Made by a program: the position numbers and the translations under genes. Below, piece by piece: positions 8,712-20,323 of a stretch of DNA of 64,000 nucleotides. Under the pieces are notes generated by a model. The model searched no databases. It saw nothing but the letters and a program-made list of their open reading frames with translations, and was not told where the DNA came from. Origin of the DNA: Syntrophaceae bacterium (GTDB lineage Bacteria; Desulfobacterota; Syntrophia; Syntrophales; Smithellaceae); the NCBI GenBank assembly GCA_025355345.1, contig JANXZU010000133.1:4075-68074 (forward strand). The letters run 5' to 3'. Position 1 is the stretch's first letter; the number at the start of each line of letters is the position of its first letter.

Positions 8712-9125
8712 TTACTCAGCCGTTTTAGTTTTTACCTTGGCTTTAGTTTTTGCTTTTTCCTTCTTTTTCTCTTCCGGAATAAATTCAAGAATGGAAACAG
8801 GAGCATTATCCCCAAATCTAAAACCCATCTTGACTATACGCGTGTAACCACCTTCCCGATTACGGTAACGTTCGGTCAGTTCTCCAAATAATTTACTAAC
8901 CAGAGTTTTATCCCGGACAACAGCTAAAGCCTGACGACGTGCATGTAAATCACCTCTCTTACCCAGGGTAATCATCCTTTCCGCAAGTTTTCTCAACTCT
9001 TTTGCCTTGCAGTCTGTTGTGCGGATACTTTCATATTTAATTACAGAAGTGACCATGTTGCGAAACATGGCTTCCTTATGACTAGAGGTTCTGCCTAATT
9101 TTCTTCCCGTCTTGCCATGATACAT
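8712..9125 (-). CDS. rplQ: 50S ribosomal protein L17
   Basis: '[24 protein letters not shown]' is the canonical L17 N-terminus. The gene is last in the alpha operon. Confidence 0.97.
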   Translation of the reverse strand: MYHGKTGRKLGRTSSHKEAMFRNMVTSVIKYESIRTTDCKAKELRKLAERMITLGKRGDLHARRQALAVVRDKTLVSKLFGELTERYRNREGGYTRIVKMGFRFGDNAPVSILEFIPEEKKKEKAKTKAKVKTKTAE

Positions 9126-9204
9126 TGATAATATCTTCCTTTCCTAACAATCAAATCCTGATATCGTTATAAAATATCCGTCTGTTCTAAGTAGCATAAA
9201 GCTA

Positions 9205-10194
9205 CTATTCAGTCTCCCCAGACCATGGGCCAAATTCAAGTTTCATTCCGAAAGTCAGGCCATATTCGGTAAGAATATCTTTAATTTCGCTTAGCGATTT
9301 ACGACCAAAATTCTTTGTCTTAAGCATCTCTGCTTCTGTTTTTTGTACCAACTCACCAATGCTATTAATCCCGGCATTTTTCAGACAATTCGCCGAACGA
9401 ACAGAAAGTTCCAAATCTTCTACGTGGCGCAAAAGAACTTCATTAATATTTCCTTTTTCTTCTTCAGTCACCGTAACAATCTCTTCATCAACTTCTTCAA
9501 AATTGACAAACACATCCAGTTGCTGCTTCAATATTTTTGCGGAATAAGCAATAGCATCTTCCGGACTTAAACTGCCATCTGTCCATACTTCCAAAACAAG
9601 TTTATCATAGTCTGTAATCTGACCTACACGGGCATGGGAAACAACATAGTTGACTTTACTAATTGGCGAATAAATAGCATCAATATTAATTGTTCCTTCG
9701 GGTTGGTCTGGATCTAACTCTTTTTTCGCAGGAGTATATCCTTTGCCCATTTTCACAACTAATTCTGCTTTAAAAGAACCGCCGGCGGACATAGTAGCAA
9801 TATGATGTTCCTTGTTCAGCACCTCAATTGTGCCATCTGTTATAATATCACCCGCCGTGATAATCCCTGCCGTATCTACATTGATGTGTACTACTTTTGT
9901 ATCTGCCTGTCCCAGTTTGAAACGTACACCTTTCAGGTTCAAAATAATATCTGTTACGTCTTCTTTTACCTTTGGGATAGTTGAAAATTCGTGCAATACA
10001 CCATCAATCTTTATCGAAACGATTGAGGAACCCTGAATCGAAGAAAGCAGTACTCGCCTTAACGTATTACCCAGAGTAACTCCGTAACCTCTCTCCAAAG
10101 GTTGAATTGTAAATTCTCCATAACAACGCGTATGCGTAGCTTCATCAACATCAACGCGTTTGGGACGAATCAAACTAGACCAGTTTCTCTGCAT
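9205..10194 (-). CDS. rpoA: DNA-directed RNA polymerase subunit alpha
   Basis: '[17 protein letters not shown]' and the C-terminal '[12 protein letters not shown]' (alpha-CTD) are present. The start is taken at ATG 10194 (MQRNW...). Confidence 0.97.
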   Translation of the reverse strand: MQRNWSSLIRPKRVDVDEATHTRCYGEFTIQPLERGYGVTLGNTLRRVLLSSIQGSSIVSIKIDGVLHEFSTIPKVKEDVTDIILNLKGVRFKLGQADTKVVHINVDTAGIITAGDIITDGTIEVLNKEHHIATMSAGGSFKAELVVKMGKGYTPAKKELDPDQPEGTINIDAIYSPISKVNYVVSHARVGQITDYDKLVLEVWTDGSLSPEDAIAYSAKILKQQLDVFVNFEEVDEEIVTVTEEEKGNINEVLLRHVEDLELSVRSANCLKNAGINSIGELVQKTEAEMLKTKNFGRKSLSEIKDILTEYGLTFGMKLEFGPWSGETE

Positions 10195-10238
10195 ATTTAA
10201 ACCCACCCTCTAGCTGGTTTATAAAAAATATTTTGTTT

Positions 10239-10868
10239 TTACTTAGAATAAAGTTCTACAACAAGCTGTTCCTGTACCGGCATTGTCAGGTCTTCCCTAA
10301 CCGGCAGCAATTTGATCGACGCTTTAAAGTTTTCTTTATCCAATTCCAGCCAATGCGGCACACCACGTCTTGCCACTGTTTCCATAGCCTCTAGCACCCT
10401 TGTAATCTTGCGGCTACCTTCTTTAACCGAGACTTGATCTCCTGCTTTAAGCAAATATGATGGAATATTAACAGCTTTTCCATTTATTAAAAAATGTCCA
10501 TGGCTGATTAGTTGCCTTGCTTCCACTCTGGAGTTCGCCATGCCCATGCGGAATATCATATTGTCCAGCCTTCTTTCCAGAAAAATAAGCAAATTTGTTC
10601 CTGTAATGCCCTTCTGCTGATCGGCCTTTTTAAAGTATCCTCTGAACTGTTTTTCTAGTAAACCGTACAATCTCTTAAGCTTCTGCTTTTCACGCAATTG
10701 TACGCCATAATCTGATCGTTGCTTTTTATGCGCTTGTCCATGATCTCCCGGAGCATAGCCCCTTCTTTCAAATGCGCATTTTTCGGAATAACACCTATCG
10801 CCTTTAAGAAAAAGCTTCAAGTTTTCGCGACGACACAACCTACATGAGGAATCCGTATACCTTGCCAA
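10239..10868 (-). CDS. rpsD: 30S ribosomal protein S4 (Zn-ribbon form)
   Basis: '[15 protein letters not shown]...GDRCYSEKC' and an S4 RNA-binding domain are present. The start codon is TTG. Confidence 0.97.
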   Translation of the reverse strand: MARYTDSSCRLCRRENLKLFLKGDRCYSEKCAFERRGYAPGDHGQAHKKQRSDYGVQLREKQKLKRLYGLLEKQFRGYFKKADQQKGITGTNLLIFLERRLDNMIFRMGMANSRVEARQLISHGHFLINGKAVNIPSYLLKAGDQVSVKEGSRKITRVLEAMETVARRGVPHWLELDKENFKASIKLLPVREDLTMPVQEQLVVELYSK

Positions 10869-10918
10869 AAAAAACGCCTCCCTTATTTAACAAATATTGT
10901 TTACAGTCTACTTCTTAA

Positions 10919-11311
10919 TTATACTCTACGACGCTTTGGTGGCCTGCATCCATTATGCGGAACAGGAGTTACGTCCCTAATAATTGTAATTGTAAGCCCG
11001 GCTAGTTGTAATGATCGCAATGCCGATTCCCGTCCAGACCCCGGTCCTTTTATATATACCTGAACTCTGCGCATTCCCTGTTCTTTAGCCTTACGTACTG
11101 CATCTTCCGCCGCCATTTGAGCAGCGAAAGGTGTGCTCTTACGCGAGCCCTTAAAACCTTGCAAACCTGATGAAGACCAGGAAATAACGTTACCACTCAA
11201 ATCAGTTATAGTGATAATTGTATTATTAAAAGTGGATTGAATGTGCGCAACCCCCTCTGTAATATTTTTCTTTTCCTTCTTCTTACCCGTTTTTCTGACT
11301 GCCTTAACCAT
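10919..11311 (-). CDS. rpsK: 30S ribosomal protein S11
   Basis: '[18 protein letters not shown]' and '[16 protein letters not shown]' are present. Confidence 0.97.
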   Translation of the reverse strand: MVKAVRKTGKKKEKKNITEGVAHIQSTFNNTIITITDLSGNVISWSSSGLQGFKGSRKSTPFAAQMAAEDAVRKAKEQGMRRVQVYIKGPGSGRESALRSLQLAGLTITIIRDVTPVPHNGCRPPKRRRV

Positions 11312-11337
11312 TTGCCCTCCGGTAGAGAATCATCTAA

Positions 11338-11706
11338 TTACTTTTTCTTGCCTGCAATCGCCCGTCTAGGACCTTTTCTTGTACGGCCGTTGGTGTGAGT
11401 TCTCTGGCCTCTTACGGGAAGCCCACGGCGATGTCGTAATCCCCGGTAAGCACCAATATCCATCAAACGTTTGATTGACATCGAAATATCTCGACGCAGA
11501 TCGCCTTCAACCTTGTGTTCTTTATCAATTATATTTCTAATTGACGATATTTCAGAATCGGCAAGTTGGTCCGTTTTCGTATCAGGATTTACACCCGCAT
11601 CTTTAAGGATTTGCTTCGCTTTCGTTTGGCCAATACCGTAAATATAAGTTAAAGCGACTCCCATTCTTTTGTTTTTCGGTAAATCAACACCTGAAATTCG
11701 TGCCAC
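11338..11706 (-). CDS. rpsM: 30S ribosomal protein S13
   Basis: '[10 protein letters not shown]' and '[17 protein letters not shown]' are present. Confidence 0.97.
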   Translation of the reverse strand: MARISGVDLPKNKRMGVALTYIYGIGQTKAKQILKDAGVNPDTKTDQLADSEISSIRNIIDKEHKVEGDLRRDISMSIKRLMDIGAYRGLRHRRGLPVRGQRTHTNGRTRKGPRRAIAGKKK

Positions 11707-11729
11707 TTATAACCTCCTGAATTTATAAA

Positions 11730-11843
11730 CTAGCCCTGGCGCTGCTTATGCTTAGGATTTTCGCAAATAACACGCAGAATACCCTTGCGCTTGACTATCT
11801 TGCACTTCTCACATATTTTTTTCACAGATGATCTTACTTTCAC
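11730..11843 (-). CDS. rpmJ: 50S ribosomal protein L36 (Zn form)
   Basis: Not in the ORF track (37 aa). Hand translation from GTG 11843 gives [37 protein letters not shown], ending at a TAG stop. GGAG lies upstream. The gene sits between infA and rpsM as expected. Confidence 0.93.
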   Translation of the reverse strand: MKVRSSVKKICEKCKIVKRKGILRVICENPKHKQRQG

Positions 11844-11877
11844 GCTTTTAACTCCTTATCTCCGGTAAAAAAATATT

Positions 11878-12096
11878 TTACTTCGTTCTATAAGTAATAC
11901 GACCACGTGTTAAATCATATGGCGAAAGCTCTACAGTAACTTTATCACCAGGCAGAATCTTAATAAAATGCATTCTCATTTTGCCGGATATGTGAGCTAA
12001 AACCTTATGACCGTTTTCGAGCTCTACCCTAAACATCGCATTGGGTAACGGCTCAATAACGCGGCCCTCAACTTCAATTGCTTCCTCTTTTGCCAT
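11878..12096 (-). CDS. infA: Translation initiation factor IF-1
   Basis: '[30 protein letters not shown]' is present. Confidence 0.97.
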   Translation of the reverse strand: MAKEEAIEVEGRVIEPLPNAMFRVELENGHKVLAHISGKMRMHFIKILPGDKVTVELSPYDLTRGRITYRTK

Positions 12097-12144
12097 ACTT
12101 TATTATCTATCTTGCGCTTTATGCTTCAACCATAAAAATTAACA

Positions 12145-12894
12145 CTAATTTAGCTTACTTAATATTTCAGGTCCGTTATCGGTAATTGCCACCGAATGCT
12201 CAAAATGAGCCGATAAACTGCCATCTTCAGTAATTACTGTCCAACCATCAGGTAAAACCTTTACTCTATATCCACCCTCGTTTACCATCGGTTCAATCGC
12301 TAAGATCATTCCCGTTTTTAACTCAACTCCTCGACCTTTTTTCCCGAAATTGGGAATCTGTGGATCTTCGTGCAGATTCTTTCCTATACCGTGTCCTACA
12401 AAATCTCTCACTACCGAAAAACCAGCGGCCTCTACTTTTCCTTGTACTGAAGCAGATATGTCTCCCAACCGGTTACCAACTCTGGCCTGTTCTATGCCGG
12501 CATATAAACTCTGCTCCGTAACCTGCATAAGTCTTAATGCTTTTTCATTAACTTTACCTACGGGTAATGTTATCGTCGCATCTCCAAAAAAACCGTTATG
12601 ATAAACACCAAAATCAATCCCTATAATATCGCCTTCTACTAAAACTCGCTCTGAAGGCATCCCATGAACAACTTGTTCATTAACTGATGTACACAGGGAG
12701 TATGGGTATCCTCTGTAACCTTTAAATGCCGGTTTTGCACCTCTTTTTTCGGCAATTTCCTCAGCAAACTTATCCAACTCTCTTGTTGTTACACCTGGTT
12801 TTACTTTATCTCTAAGTTTACTGAGAACCTCTGCTACTATTCTATTACTGCCCCTTGCTTTTTCGATTTCGTTCGGAAGCTTCAGAATTACCAT
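12145..12894 (-). CDS. map: Type I methionine aminopeptidase
   Basis: Metal-ligand motifs 'DIIGIDFG', 'GHGIG', 'LAIEPM' and 'FEHSV' are present. Confidence 0.95.
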   Translation of the reverse strand: MVILKLPNEIEKARGSNRIVAEVLSKLRDKVKPGVTTRELDKFAEEIAEKRGAKPAFKGYRGYPYSLCTSVNEQVVHGMPSERVLVEGDIIGIDFGVYHNGFFGDATITLPVGKVNEKALRLMQVTEQSLYAGIEQARVGNRLGDISASVQGKVEAAGFSVVRDFVGHGIGKNLHEDPQIPNFGKKGRGVELKTGMILAIEPMVNEGGYRVKVLPDGWTVITEDGSLSAHFEHSVAITDNGPEILSKLN

Positions 12895-12919
12895 TGATTC
12901 AACCTGCCAAAATCTTCTG

Positions 12920-14227
12920 CTATCTCCTGCGGGCTATTTGTCCCTTTTTCATAAATCCTTCATATTGCCTGGTCAGCAAATGTGACTCGATCTGACTGGC
13001 TGTATCCATCGCCACACCAACAACTATCAACAGTGCCGTACCACCAAAATAAAAAGGTGTATTCAGTTGAGAAATCAAAACACTAGGAAGCACACATACT
13101 AACGATACGTAAATTGCACCGCTAAAAGTAAGTTTTTCCAATATATCTTCAATATATTCAGCCGTTTTCTTGCCCGGTCTGATCCCTGGAATAAATCCTC
13201 CAGCTTTTTTCATGTTGTCGGCAACATCATCGGGCTTAAAAGTAACTGCTGTATAGAAAAAACAAAAGAAGAAGATAAAAGCCACATAAAGGAGTTCATA
13301 TCCAACTTTCCCCGGAAGCAAATAACTGGCAATATCTTTCATCCATGATTGTGGCGCAAAATTAGCAATTGTCGCCGGAAACATAATTACCGACGATGCA
13401 AATATAGGCGGAATGACACCGGCTGAATTCACCTTTAGCGGCAAGTGGCTTGTCTGCCCACCATACATTTTTCGACCAACTATCCTTTTAGCATATTGAA
13501 CGGGAATACGTCGTTGTCCGCCTTCCACAAAAACAATTGCGCCAATAACAAAAACCATCATGAATGTGAGCCCTAATATAACCAGCACACCTAATTCACC
13601 TGAAGTTACCAGTCGATAAGTGCTACCAATTGCTGCGGGCATTCTACAAACAATTCCAGCAAATATTATCAGCGATATTCCATTACCGATACCTTTTTCT
13701 GTAATCGTCTCACCCAGCCACATGATAAAAGCAGTACCGGAAGTCAGCGTAATAACCGTCAATACAATAAATGACCACCCTGGTTGCAAAACAATGGGAG
13801 CTCCTGAAGGCCCTGCCATGTGCTGCAAACCAAATGCAATACCAAAACCCTGAATCGTACTTAAAACAACCGTACCATAGCGAGTGTACTGCGTTATCTT
13901 ACGTCGTCCTGTCTCACCCTCCTTAGAAAGCCTTTCCAGATGAGGTATTGCCACAGTTAATAACTGCAGAATAATAGATGAACTGATGTAAGGCATAATA
14001 CCGAGAGCAAATATAGAAAAATTACTAAAAGCCCCGCCGGCAAACATATCCATCATACCAAACAGTGACCCTTTAGCCTGCTCAAAATAGCTGAGCAATG
14101 CAATATTATCAATTCCAGGAGTTGGAATATAAACGCCAATCCGATAAACAACCAAAAGAAGGAATGTAAATAAAATCCTTCTTTGCAATTCTGGAATTTT
14201 GGAAACGCTGCCTAGTCCTTCTAACAA
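12920..14227 (-). CDS. secY: Preprotein translocase subunit SecY
   Basis: It is a 10-TM protein with 'LGIMPYISSSIILQLL' and sits at the spc-operon position. No adk lies between secY and map. Confidence 0.97.
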   Translation of the reverse strand: MLEGLGSVSKIPELQRRILFTFLLLVVYRIGVYIPTPGIDNIALLSYFEQAKGSLFGMMDMFAGGAFSNFSIFALGIMPYISSSIILQLLTVAIPHLERLSKEGETGRRKITQYTRYGTVVLSTIQGFGIAFGLQHMAGPSGAPIVLQPGWSFIVLTVITLTSGTAFIMWLGETITEKGIGNGISLIIFAGIVCRMPAAIGSTYRLVTSGELGVLVILGLTFMMVFVIGAIVFVEGGQRRIPVQYAKRIVGRKMYGGQTSHLPLKVNSAGVIPPIFASSVIMFPATIANFAPQSWMKDIASYLLPGKVGYELLYVAFIFFFCFFYTAVTFKPDDVADNMKKAGGFIPGIRPGKKTAEYIEDILEKLTFSGAIYVSLVCVLPSVLISQLNTPFYFGGTALLIVVGVAMDTASQIESHLLTRQYEGFMKKGQIARRR

Positions 14228-14228
14228 C

Positions 14229-14675
14229 TTATATTACCTCTACTATCGAACCACCTGCGGCGGTAATTTTTGCTTTTGCGGCCTGACTTATTTTTGCTAT
14301 CTTTACTGTTACAGGGAAATCAATATTGCCTTTGGCCAATATTTTAATGCCATCACTCTTTTTCTTTACGATTCCACTGGCTAGAATAGCAGCTTCGTCA
14401 ATGACTGCGCCCTTGCTGAATTTTCTGCATAAATCGGTCAGATTTACCGCAACAAAATTCTCACGGAAAGGATTACGGAAACCCCTTTTGGGTAATCTTC
14501 GAGACATTGGCATTTGCCCACCCTCAAAACCATCCCGCGTATAACCGCCGGAACGGGCATTCTGTCCCTTATCACCTTTGCCGGAAGTCCCGCCGTGACC
14601 TGATGCATCACCACGACCAACCCGCTTTCTTTTCTTTGTTGCGCCTGCCGGAGCTTTAAGCGAACTCAAATCCAT
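14229..14675 (-). CDS. rplO: 50S ribosomal protein L15
   Basis: '[26 protein letters not shown]' is present. Confidence 0.97.
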   Translation of the reverse strand: MDLSSLKAPAGATKKRKRVGRGDASGHGGTSGKGDKGQNARSGGYTRDGFEGGQMPMSRRLPKRGFRNPFRENFVAVNLTDLCRKFSKGAVIDEAAILASGIVKKKSDGIKILAKGNIDFPVTVKIAKISQAAKAKITAAGGSIVEVI

Positions 14676-14678
14676 AAT

Positions 14679-14867
14679 CTACTCCTTTGATTCTTCCACA
14701 GAAACTAAATGTATAACTTTGTTTACCATACCGCGAATCTGCGGAGTATCAACTAATATTACACTACTATTAAGTTTATTCAGGCCCATACCACGCAAAA
14801 TTTTCCTTTGTTTTTCCGGTCGGCCTATTTCACTTTTTATCATTTTAATTTTTAACATTTTACCCAC
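14679..14867 (-). CDS. rpmD: 50S ribosomal protein L30
   Basis: 'IKMIKSEIGRPEKQRKILRGMGL' is present. The GTG start has GAGGT 8 nt upstream. Confidence 0.93.
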   Translation of the reverse strand: MGKMLKIKMIKSEIGRPEKQRKILRGMGLNKLNSSVILVDTPQIRGMVNKVIHLVSVEESKE

Positions 14868-14899
14868 AGCAAGCTACCTCTTCTAATATCTAAAATATT

Positions 14900-15412
14900 T
14901 TACCTGCCTCTTTGAGCTGCTATTTCCGCCGGGTCTTTCAACTGACAGAGCCCCTCCATAGTGGCCTTGACTAAATTATGGGGGTTATGAGAACCGAGAC
15001 ATTTCGTCAGGATATTATGAACACCGGCTACTTCCAGGACGGCCCTAACTGCACCACCGGCAATCAAACCAGTTCCTTCTGATGCCGGCTTTAATAGTAC
15101 TTTCCCCGCTCCAAATTTTCCCATGACTTCGTAAGGAATTGTCTTTCCAATAACTGCAACTTTCACCATATTCTTTTTGGCCATATCCATCCCCTTACGT
15201 ATGGCTTCCGGCACTTCATGCGCTTTACCAAGCCCCGCACCTATCATGCCCTTGCCATCTCCGACAACGACTATAGCACTAAAACGAAATCGCCTTCCCC
15301 CTTTAACAACCTTTGCCGTTCGATTAATGGCAATAACACGGTCTAGGAGCTCCACATCTTTCATTTCTTTCTTTTCCAACGATTTTTCCCTTATCATGAG
15401 TATTCTGCACAA
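14900..15412 (-). CDS. rpsE: 30S ribosomal protein S5
   Basis: '[25 protein letters not shown]' is present. The true start may be ATG 15397. Confidence 0.96.
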   Translation of the reverse strand: MCRILMIREKSLEKKEMKDVELLDRVIAINRTAKVVKGGRRFRFSAIVVVGDGKGMIGAGLGKAHEVPEAIRKGMDMAKKNMVKVAVIGKTIPYEVMGKFGAGKVLLKPASEGTGLIAGGAVRAVLEVAGVHNILTKCLGSHNPHNLVKATMEGLCQLKDPAEIAAQRGR

Positions 15413-15421
15413 AAATTTTAA

Positions 15422-15787
15422 TTAAAATATCAGACCATTTTCCCGTGCTGCATCAGCTAACGCCTTCACACGTCCATGATAGAGAAACCGTCCTCTATCA
15501 AAAACTACTTTATCCACTCCGAGGGATTTCAAGTTTGTTGCAATTAATTTCCCCACTTCTTTAGCCACTTCTTCTTTCTTCTTGCCTTTTATTTGATTTA
15601 CTATTTCTTTGCTCAAAGTTGAAGCTGTAGCTAAAGTACTTCCTTGAACATCGTTTATGGCTTGAGCATAAATATGTCTTGCCGACCGAAATACTGCAAG
15701 ACGCGGTCTTTCCTGCGTTCCGGTAAACCTGCCCCTTACTCTTTTTTCTCTCTTTTCTCTTATCTTTAATGTCTTTTTGGAAGCCAA
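15422..15787 (-). CDS. rplR: 50S ribosomal protein L18
   Basis: '[16 protein letters not shown]' is present. The start is set at TTG 15787, with AGAGGTGG 4 nt upstream. The ORF track extends to 15808. Confidence 0.95.
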   Translation of the reverse strand: MASKKTLKIREKREKRVRGRFTGTQERPRLAVFRSARHIYAQAINDVQGSTLATASTLSKEIVNQIKGKKKEEVAKEVGKLIATNLKSLGVDKVVFDRGRFLYHGRVKALADAARENGLIF

Positions 15788-15831
15788 GATTCCACCTCTA
15801 TAATGCAATGTGAAAATATTTACTAGTTTAC

Positions 15832-16371
15832 TTAAGCACCTGCTGATTTTCCAGCCTTGCGTCTGATGTGCTCGCCTACATACTTAATTCCTTTGCCTTT
15901 ATAAGGCTCAGGCTTTTTTAAAGCTCTAATTTCCGCAGCAACTCTGCCAACCAATTGCTTATCAATACCGGAAATATTTACATTAACTTGTTTTTCTACT
16001 TTAACATCTATTCCTTTTGGAATATTATATTGAATCGGACTGGAAAAACCTAAAATTAATTTTAGACTGTTTCCAACAACTTCGGCACGATAACCGACGC
16101 CGGATATTTCTAACCCTTTTTCAAAACCGGTACTTACACCGGTAACCATATTTCCAATTAATGTTCTGGCCAAACCATGATAGCAGCGAGCAAGTCTCTC
16201 TTCATTTTTTCTCTCGATAACGATACTGCCATCAACCATTATCATAGAAATACTCTCAGGCAATTGAGAAGAAAGAATTCCTTTTGGCCCTTCGACTTTG
16301 ACTAATCCGCCACTTTCACTAATTTTAACATTTTTGGGTAAAGTGATCGGTTTTTTACCTATTCTTGACAT
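15832..16371 (-). CDS. rplF: 50S ribosomal protein L6
   Basis: '[15 protein letters not shown]' is present. The start is ATG 16371, with GGAG upstream. Confidence 0.97.
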   Translation of the reverse strand: MSRIGKKPITLPKNVKISESGGLVKVEGPKGILSSQLPESISMIMVDGSIVIERKNEERLARCYHGLARTLIGNMVTGVSTGFEKGLEISGVGYRAEVVGNSLKLILGFSSPIQYNIPKGIDVKVEKQVNVNISGIDKQLVGRVAAEIRALKKPEPYKGKGIKYVGEHIRRKAGKSAGA

Positions 16372-16406
16372 GAACAAGCACTCCAGATTAATATCGTTTA
16401 TTCAAA

Positions 16407-16808
16407 TTACCAAACTTTACAAAGGATTTCTCCGCCAACATTCAACTCTCTTGCTTCCTCATCGGTAATAACACCTCTTGAAGTCGAAAGAACAGAAATT
16501 CCATAACCATTTAGAACTTTGGGAATACTGTCCGAAGCAACATAAACTCTGCGTCCCGGTTTACTAATTCTTTCAATATCTGTAATTACTGTACGTTTAG
16601 TGTCGGGATATTTCAGAGTAATTTTCAACATCTGCTGTCCCTTTTCATCCTTCACATTATCATGACTGTTAATATATCCAGCCTTCTTTAGTACTTTGGC
16701 AATGTTGACATTCATTCGAGACATATAAACATTGACACTCTTAAAACGGGCCTTATTAGCATTCCTAATTCTGGTAAGCATATCGGCAATAGGATCGGTC
16801 ATCCCCAT
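16407..16808 (-). CDS. rpsH: 30S ribosomal protein S8
   Basis: 'DPIADMLTRIRNA' is present. Confidence 0.97.
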   Translation of the reverse strand: MGMTDPIADMLTRIRNANKARFKSVNVYMSRMNVNIAKVLKKAGYINSHDNVKDEKGQQMLKITLKYPDTKRTVITDIERISKPGRRVYVASDSIPKVLNGYGISVLSTSRGVITDEEARELNVGGEILCKVW

Positions 16809-16830
16809 GCATTTTCTCCTTAACCTTAAA

Positions 16831-17016
16831 TTACCAACTTGATTTGATTACACCAGGAATCTCACCTTGAAGGGAAAGTTTCCGCAAACAAATTCTACAC
16901 ATGTCAAATTTTCTGTAATATGCTCGCGGCCGGCCGCAAAGCGGGCAACGGTTATATTCTCTAACAGAAAACTTCATGCTTCTTTTCGCTTTTGCAATTA
17001 ATGACTTCTTTGCCAC
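16831..17016 (-). CDS. rpsN: 30S ribosomal protein S14, short zinc-binding (type Z) form
   Basis: The protein is 61 aa with '[20 protein letters not shown]' (CxxC...CxxC). Confidence 0.96.
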   Translation of the reverse strand: MAKKSLIAKAKRSMKFSVREYNRCPLCGRPRAYYRKFDMCRICLRKLSLQGEIPGVIKSSW

Positions 17017-17042
17017 ACCAAACTCCTCCGAAGCTTTCTTAC

Positions 17043-17582
17043 TTAATTCTTAAAAGGCACACCCATCAGCTTTAGTAATACCCTTGCTTCAGCATCACTT
17101 TTAGCTGTAGTTACGATGGTTATATTCATACCTTTAACTTTTTCAACCTTATCGTATTCAATTTCCGGGAAAATAATTTGTTCCTGCAACCCCATGGAAA
17201 AATTTCCCCTGCCGTCAAAAGCATTCGGCGATATACCGCGAAAGTCTCTTACTTTTGGTAAAGCTACATTGACCAACCTGTCAAAAAACTCATACATAAT
17301 ATCTTTTCTTAACGTTACTGAACAACCAATAGGCATACCCTGCCTTAACTTAAATGTTGCTATTGATTTCTTAGCCTTAGTTATAACTGGCTTCTGACCA
17401 GTTATTATGGCCATCTCCTGAACAGCACCATCAATAATTTTTACATTTTGAACGGCCTCACCAAGTCCCATGTTAACCACAATCTTTTCCATCCTGGGAA
17501 CTTGCATTGGATTTTTGTAATTAAACTCCTTAATTAGAGCAGGAGCTACTGTTTTCGAATAATAATCCTTTAGTCTTGCCAT
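17043..17582 (-). CDS. rplE: 50S ribosomal protein L5
   Basis: 'MARLKDYY', 'VNMGLGEA' and '[19 protein letters not shown]' are present. Confidence 0.97.
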   Translation of the reverse strand: MARLKDYYSKTVAPALIKEFNYKNPMQVPRMEKIVVNMGLGEAVQNVKIIDGAVQEMAIITGQKPVITKAKKSIATFKLRQGMPIGCSVTLRKDIMYEFFDRLVNVALPKVRDFRGISPNAFDGRGNFSMGLQEQIIFPEIEYDKVEKVKGMNITIVTTAKSDAEARVLLKLMGVPFKN

Positions 17583-17588
17583 TTTCCT

Positions 17589-17927
17589 CTAACCCACATT
17601 GATTACTTCATTACATTTACTACAGAGACGAACCTTTTTCCCATCTTCAAGGATCTTACTTTTTATCCGCACAGCAGTATTACATTTATTACAAAGCAAC
17701 CCTACTTTAGATATATGAATCGATCCCTCTTTTTCCACGACGCCGCCCTTAGATTTTTGATCGGGCCTTTTATGCTTCTTAATAATATTAATTTTTTCTA
17801 TTATTATTTTACTTTTTTCAGGGATAGTTTTCAGCACCTTACCGGTTTTACCTTTGTCTTTACCGGCAATAACCTTAACCATATCACCTTTTTTCAATTT
17901 GCCTAAGCTCATTTTCTTCCTCTTCAA
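17589..17927 (-). CDS. rplX: 50S ribosomal protein L24, with C-terminal CxxC...CxxC knuckles
   Basis: The KOW motif 'KKGDMVKVIAGKDKGKTGKV' is present. The C-terminus reads 'LLCNKCNTAVRIKSKILEDGKKVRLCSKCNEV'. The start may be the internal ATG at 17912. Confidence 0.95.
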   Translation of the reverse strand: MKRKKMSLGKLKKGDMVKVIAGKDKGKTGKVLKTIPEKSKIIIEKINIIKKHKRPDQKSKGGVVEKEGSIHISKVGLLCNKCNTAVRIKSKILEDGKKVRLCSKCNEVINVG

Positions 17928-17934
17928 AACAGGT

Positions 17935-18303
17935 TTACAAAACCTCTGGAGCCAACGATATTATCTTCATAAACTGCTTTGCTCTAAGTTCTCTGGCAAC
18001 AGGTCCAAAAATTCTAGTTCCGACTGGCTCCAACTGATTGGAAATCAAAACCGCCGAATTGTCATCAAACTTCAGATAAGAACCGTCGGCTCTTTTTACT
18101 TCTTTCACGGTTCGGACAATAACTGCCTTCATCACGTCGCCTTTTTTTACCTTTGAATTAGGAATTGCTTCTTTTACCGAAACCACAATAACATCTCCTA
18201 AACTGGCATATCGACGCTTCGAACCACCGAGTACCTTAATACAAGCAACCTTTTTGGCGCCTGAATTATCCGCAACATTTAGTATCGTCTGCATTTGAAT
18301 CAT
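17935..18303 (-). CDS. rplN: 50S ribosomal protein L14
   Basis: '[28 protein letters not shown]' is present. Confidence 0.98.
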   Translation of the reverse strand: MIQMQTILNVADNSGAKKVACIKVLGGSKRRYASLGDVIVVSVKEAIPNSKVKKGDVMKAVIVRTVKEVKRADGSYLKFDDNSAVLISNQLEPVGTRIFGPVARELRAKQFMKIISLAPEVL

Positions 18304-18354
18304 AAAAACAACCTCTTCAAAACAACTTACTTACCTTAAGGTAAGCTAAGCCCT

Positions 18355-18612
18355 CTATTTTGCTCTCTCCAGAATTTCCAGTATTCGCCAGCGTTTATCT
18401 CTACTCTGTGGTCGTGCCTCAATGATCAGTACTGTATCTCCGGCCTTACAATCGTTTTTCTCATCATGAGCTTTGTATTTAACGTGTTTACGTATATATT
18501 TGTGAAACACAGGGTGTTTTACCAAACGCTCTGCTTTAACAACTATTGTTTTATCCATTTTATCGCTTATTACTACGCCCTTGATCGTGCGCTTATTTGC
18601 TTGAACAGCCAT
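18355..18612 (-). CDS. rpsQ: 30S ribosomal protein S17
   Basis: '[14 protein letters not shown]' and '[27 protein letters not shown]' are present. Confidence 0.97.
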   Translation of the reverse strand: MAVQANKRTIKGVVISDKMDKTIVVKAERLVKHPVFHKYIRKHVKYKAHDEKNDCKAGDTVLIIEARPQSRDKRWRILEILERAK

Positions 18613-18613
18613 G

Positions 18614-18808
18614 TTAAATCGCAGCCTCCTTTTCCTTAAGCACCGTGTTGATCCTTGCTATGTCTCTACGGAGACGCCTTAACATCGCCGGCGAATCTAA
18701 CTGACCAGATGCATGCCGCACTTTTAAACGAAAAAGTTCTTCGCGAATTTCACTATTTTTTTGATTGAGCTCGTTTATACCTAGATCTCTGATTTCTTTA
18801 ACTTTCAT
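18614..18808 (-). CDS. rpmC: 50S ribosomal protein L29
   Basis: '[32 protein letters not shown]' is present. The start is set at ATG 18808, which overlaps the rplP end. The longer track ORF would be an artefactual extension. Confidence 0.95.
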   Translation of the reverse strand: MKVKEIRDLGINELNQKNSEIREELFRLKVRHASGQLDSPAMLRRLRRDIARINTVLKEKEAAI

Positions 18809-19220
18809 CAGATATCTCCCTTGACATGAATTTTGTGCCAATAGGCAATTTATGCGCTGCCAGACGAAATGCTTCTTTGGCCACTTCTTTGGTTACACCT
18901 TCCATCTCATAGAGAACGGTTCCTGGTTTAACAACCGCTACCCATCCTTCCGGTGCTCCCTTTCCCTTACCCATTCTAGTTTCCGCTGGTTTTGAAGTCA
19001 CTGACTTGTGTGGAAATACCCTGATCCAAATTTTACCGCCTCGCTTGACATAACGAGTCATGGCTATACGAGCAGCTTCGATCTGTCGGGCGGTAAGCCA
19101 GCCACATTCTGCCGCCTGCAATCCAAAATCGCCAAAAGAAATCGAACTACCTCTCGTGGCTTTTCCACCCATACGACCTTTTTGCAGCTTTCTGTATTTT
19201 ACCCTTTTCGGCATTAACAT
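18798..19220 (-). CDS. rplP: 50S ribosomal protein L16
   Basis: '[17 protein letters not shown]' is present. Confidence 0.97.
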   Translation of the reverse strand: MLMPKRVKYRKLQKGRMGGKATRGSSISFGDFGLQAAECGWLTARQIEAARIAMTRYVKRGGKIWIRVFPHKSVTSKPAETRMGKGKGAPEGWVAVVKPGTVLYEMEGVTKEVAKEAFRLAAHKLPIGTKFMSREISDES

Positions 19221-19294
19221 AATCTAAAACTCCAGTTCATCCGCAGCACTTTATATACTTACTTATTGCCCACCTTCTAAGTTAATAGGCAAAA

Positions 19295-19939
19295 TTATAA
19301 CTTTTCATTCTTGGTCGGCAATACTTCCCCATGGAAAATTAAAACCTTAACACCAACCAATCCATAAGCTGTGTGGGCTTCGATAAACCCGTAGTCAATA
19401 TCGGCACGCAGAGTGTGGAGTGGCACGCGACCTTCCCGATACCATTCCGATCGAGCAATTTCTGACCCACCCAGCCTGCCAGAACATGTTATCTTTATTC
19501 CCTTAGCTCCAAACTTAAGTGCATAACCGACACATTTTTTCATCGCACGCCGGAAAGCAACTCTTCTTTCTAATTGCATGGCAACATTTTCAGCCACCAA
19601 TTGTGCATCTATTTCCGGTTTACGCACTTCCAAAATATTGATTATAATTTCGGCTTTTGAAAACTTCTCAATTTCCGCTTTCAGCTTCTCGATTTCAGAA
19701 CCTTTTTTGCCGATAATAATTCCAGGTCTCGCTGAGTATATATTTACTTTGGCCTTATTAGCTGCTCTCTCTATCTCGATCTTAGAAATACCAGCATGAT
19801 AAAGCTTCTTCTTGAGGTACTTCCTAATCTTCACGTCCTCATGCAGCATTTCGCTATAGCTTTTTTCGGCAAACCATATTGATTGCCATTTTTTAATATA
19901 GCCTAGTCGTAATCCTATGGGGTTAACCTTCTGACCCAA
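19295..19939 (-). CDS. rpsC: 30S ribosomal protein S3
   Basis: '[13 protein letters not shown]' and a KH domain are present. Confidence 0.97.
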   Translation of the reverse strand: MGQKVNPIGLRLGYIKKWQSIWFAEKSYSEMLHEDVKIRKYLKKKLYHAGISKIEIERAANKAKVNIYSARPGIIIGKKGSEIEKLKAEIEKFSKAEIIINILEVRKPEIDAQLVAENVAMQLERRVAFRRAMKKCVGYALKFGAKGIKITCSGRLGGSEIARSEWYREGRVPLHTLRADIDYGFIEAHTAYGLVGVKVLIFHGEVLPTKNEKL

Positions 19940-19951
19940 TATCGTGCCTCC

Positions 19952-20284
19952 TTACTTTTCATCCACTACTATTGTAATGTGTGAAGTTCTTTTCTTTATT
20001 CCCGCTGCTCTTCCTTGTGCTCTCGCTCTCCAGCGTTTTAATGCCGGCCCTTGATCAACAAATATTTCTTTAACGTAGAGCACATTTTCATTGATGCTAG
20101 GATTCTGTGAAGCATTGGCAACAGCCGATTTTAAAAGTTTAGCCACTATAGCCGCTGCATATTTTCTTGTATAAAGAAGTATATTGCGTGCTTCCTGTAC
20201 TTTTTTGCCCCTAACTAAATCAGCCACCAACCTTACTTTCTGCGGCGACATTCTTATATATTTTGCAATAGCTTTTGCTTCCAT
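19952..20284 (-). CDS. rplV: 50S ribosomal protein L22
   Basis: '[16 protein letters not shown]' is present. The start is probably ATG 20284 (MEAKA...). The track ORF runs to 20299. Confidence 0.95.
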   Translation of the reverse strand: MEAKAIAKYIRMSPQKVRLVADLVRGKKVQEARNILLYTRKYAAAIVAKLLKSAVANASQNPSINENVLYVKEIFVDQGPALKRWRARAQGRAAGIKKRTSHITIVVDEK

Positions 20285-20323
20285 ATTCATTAACTCCAAA
20301 AGTATCCACCCTGGCTTGAAGAT

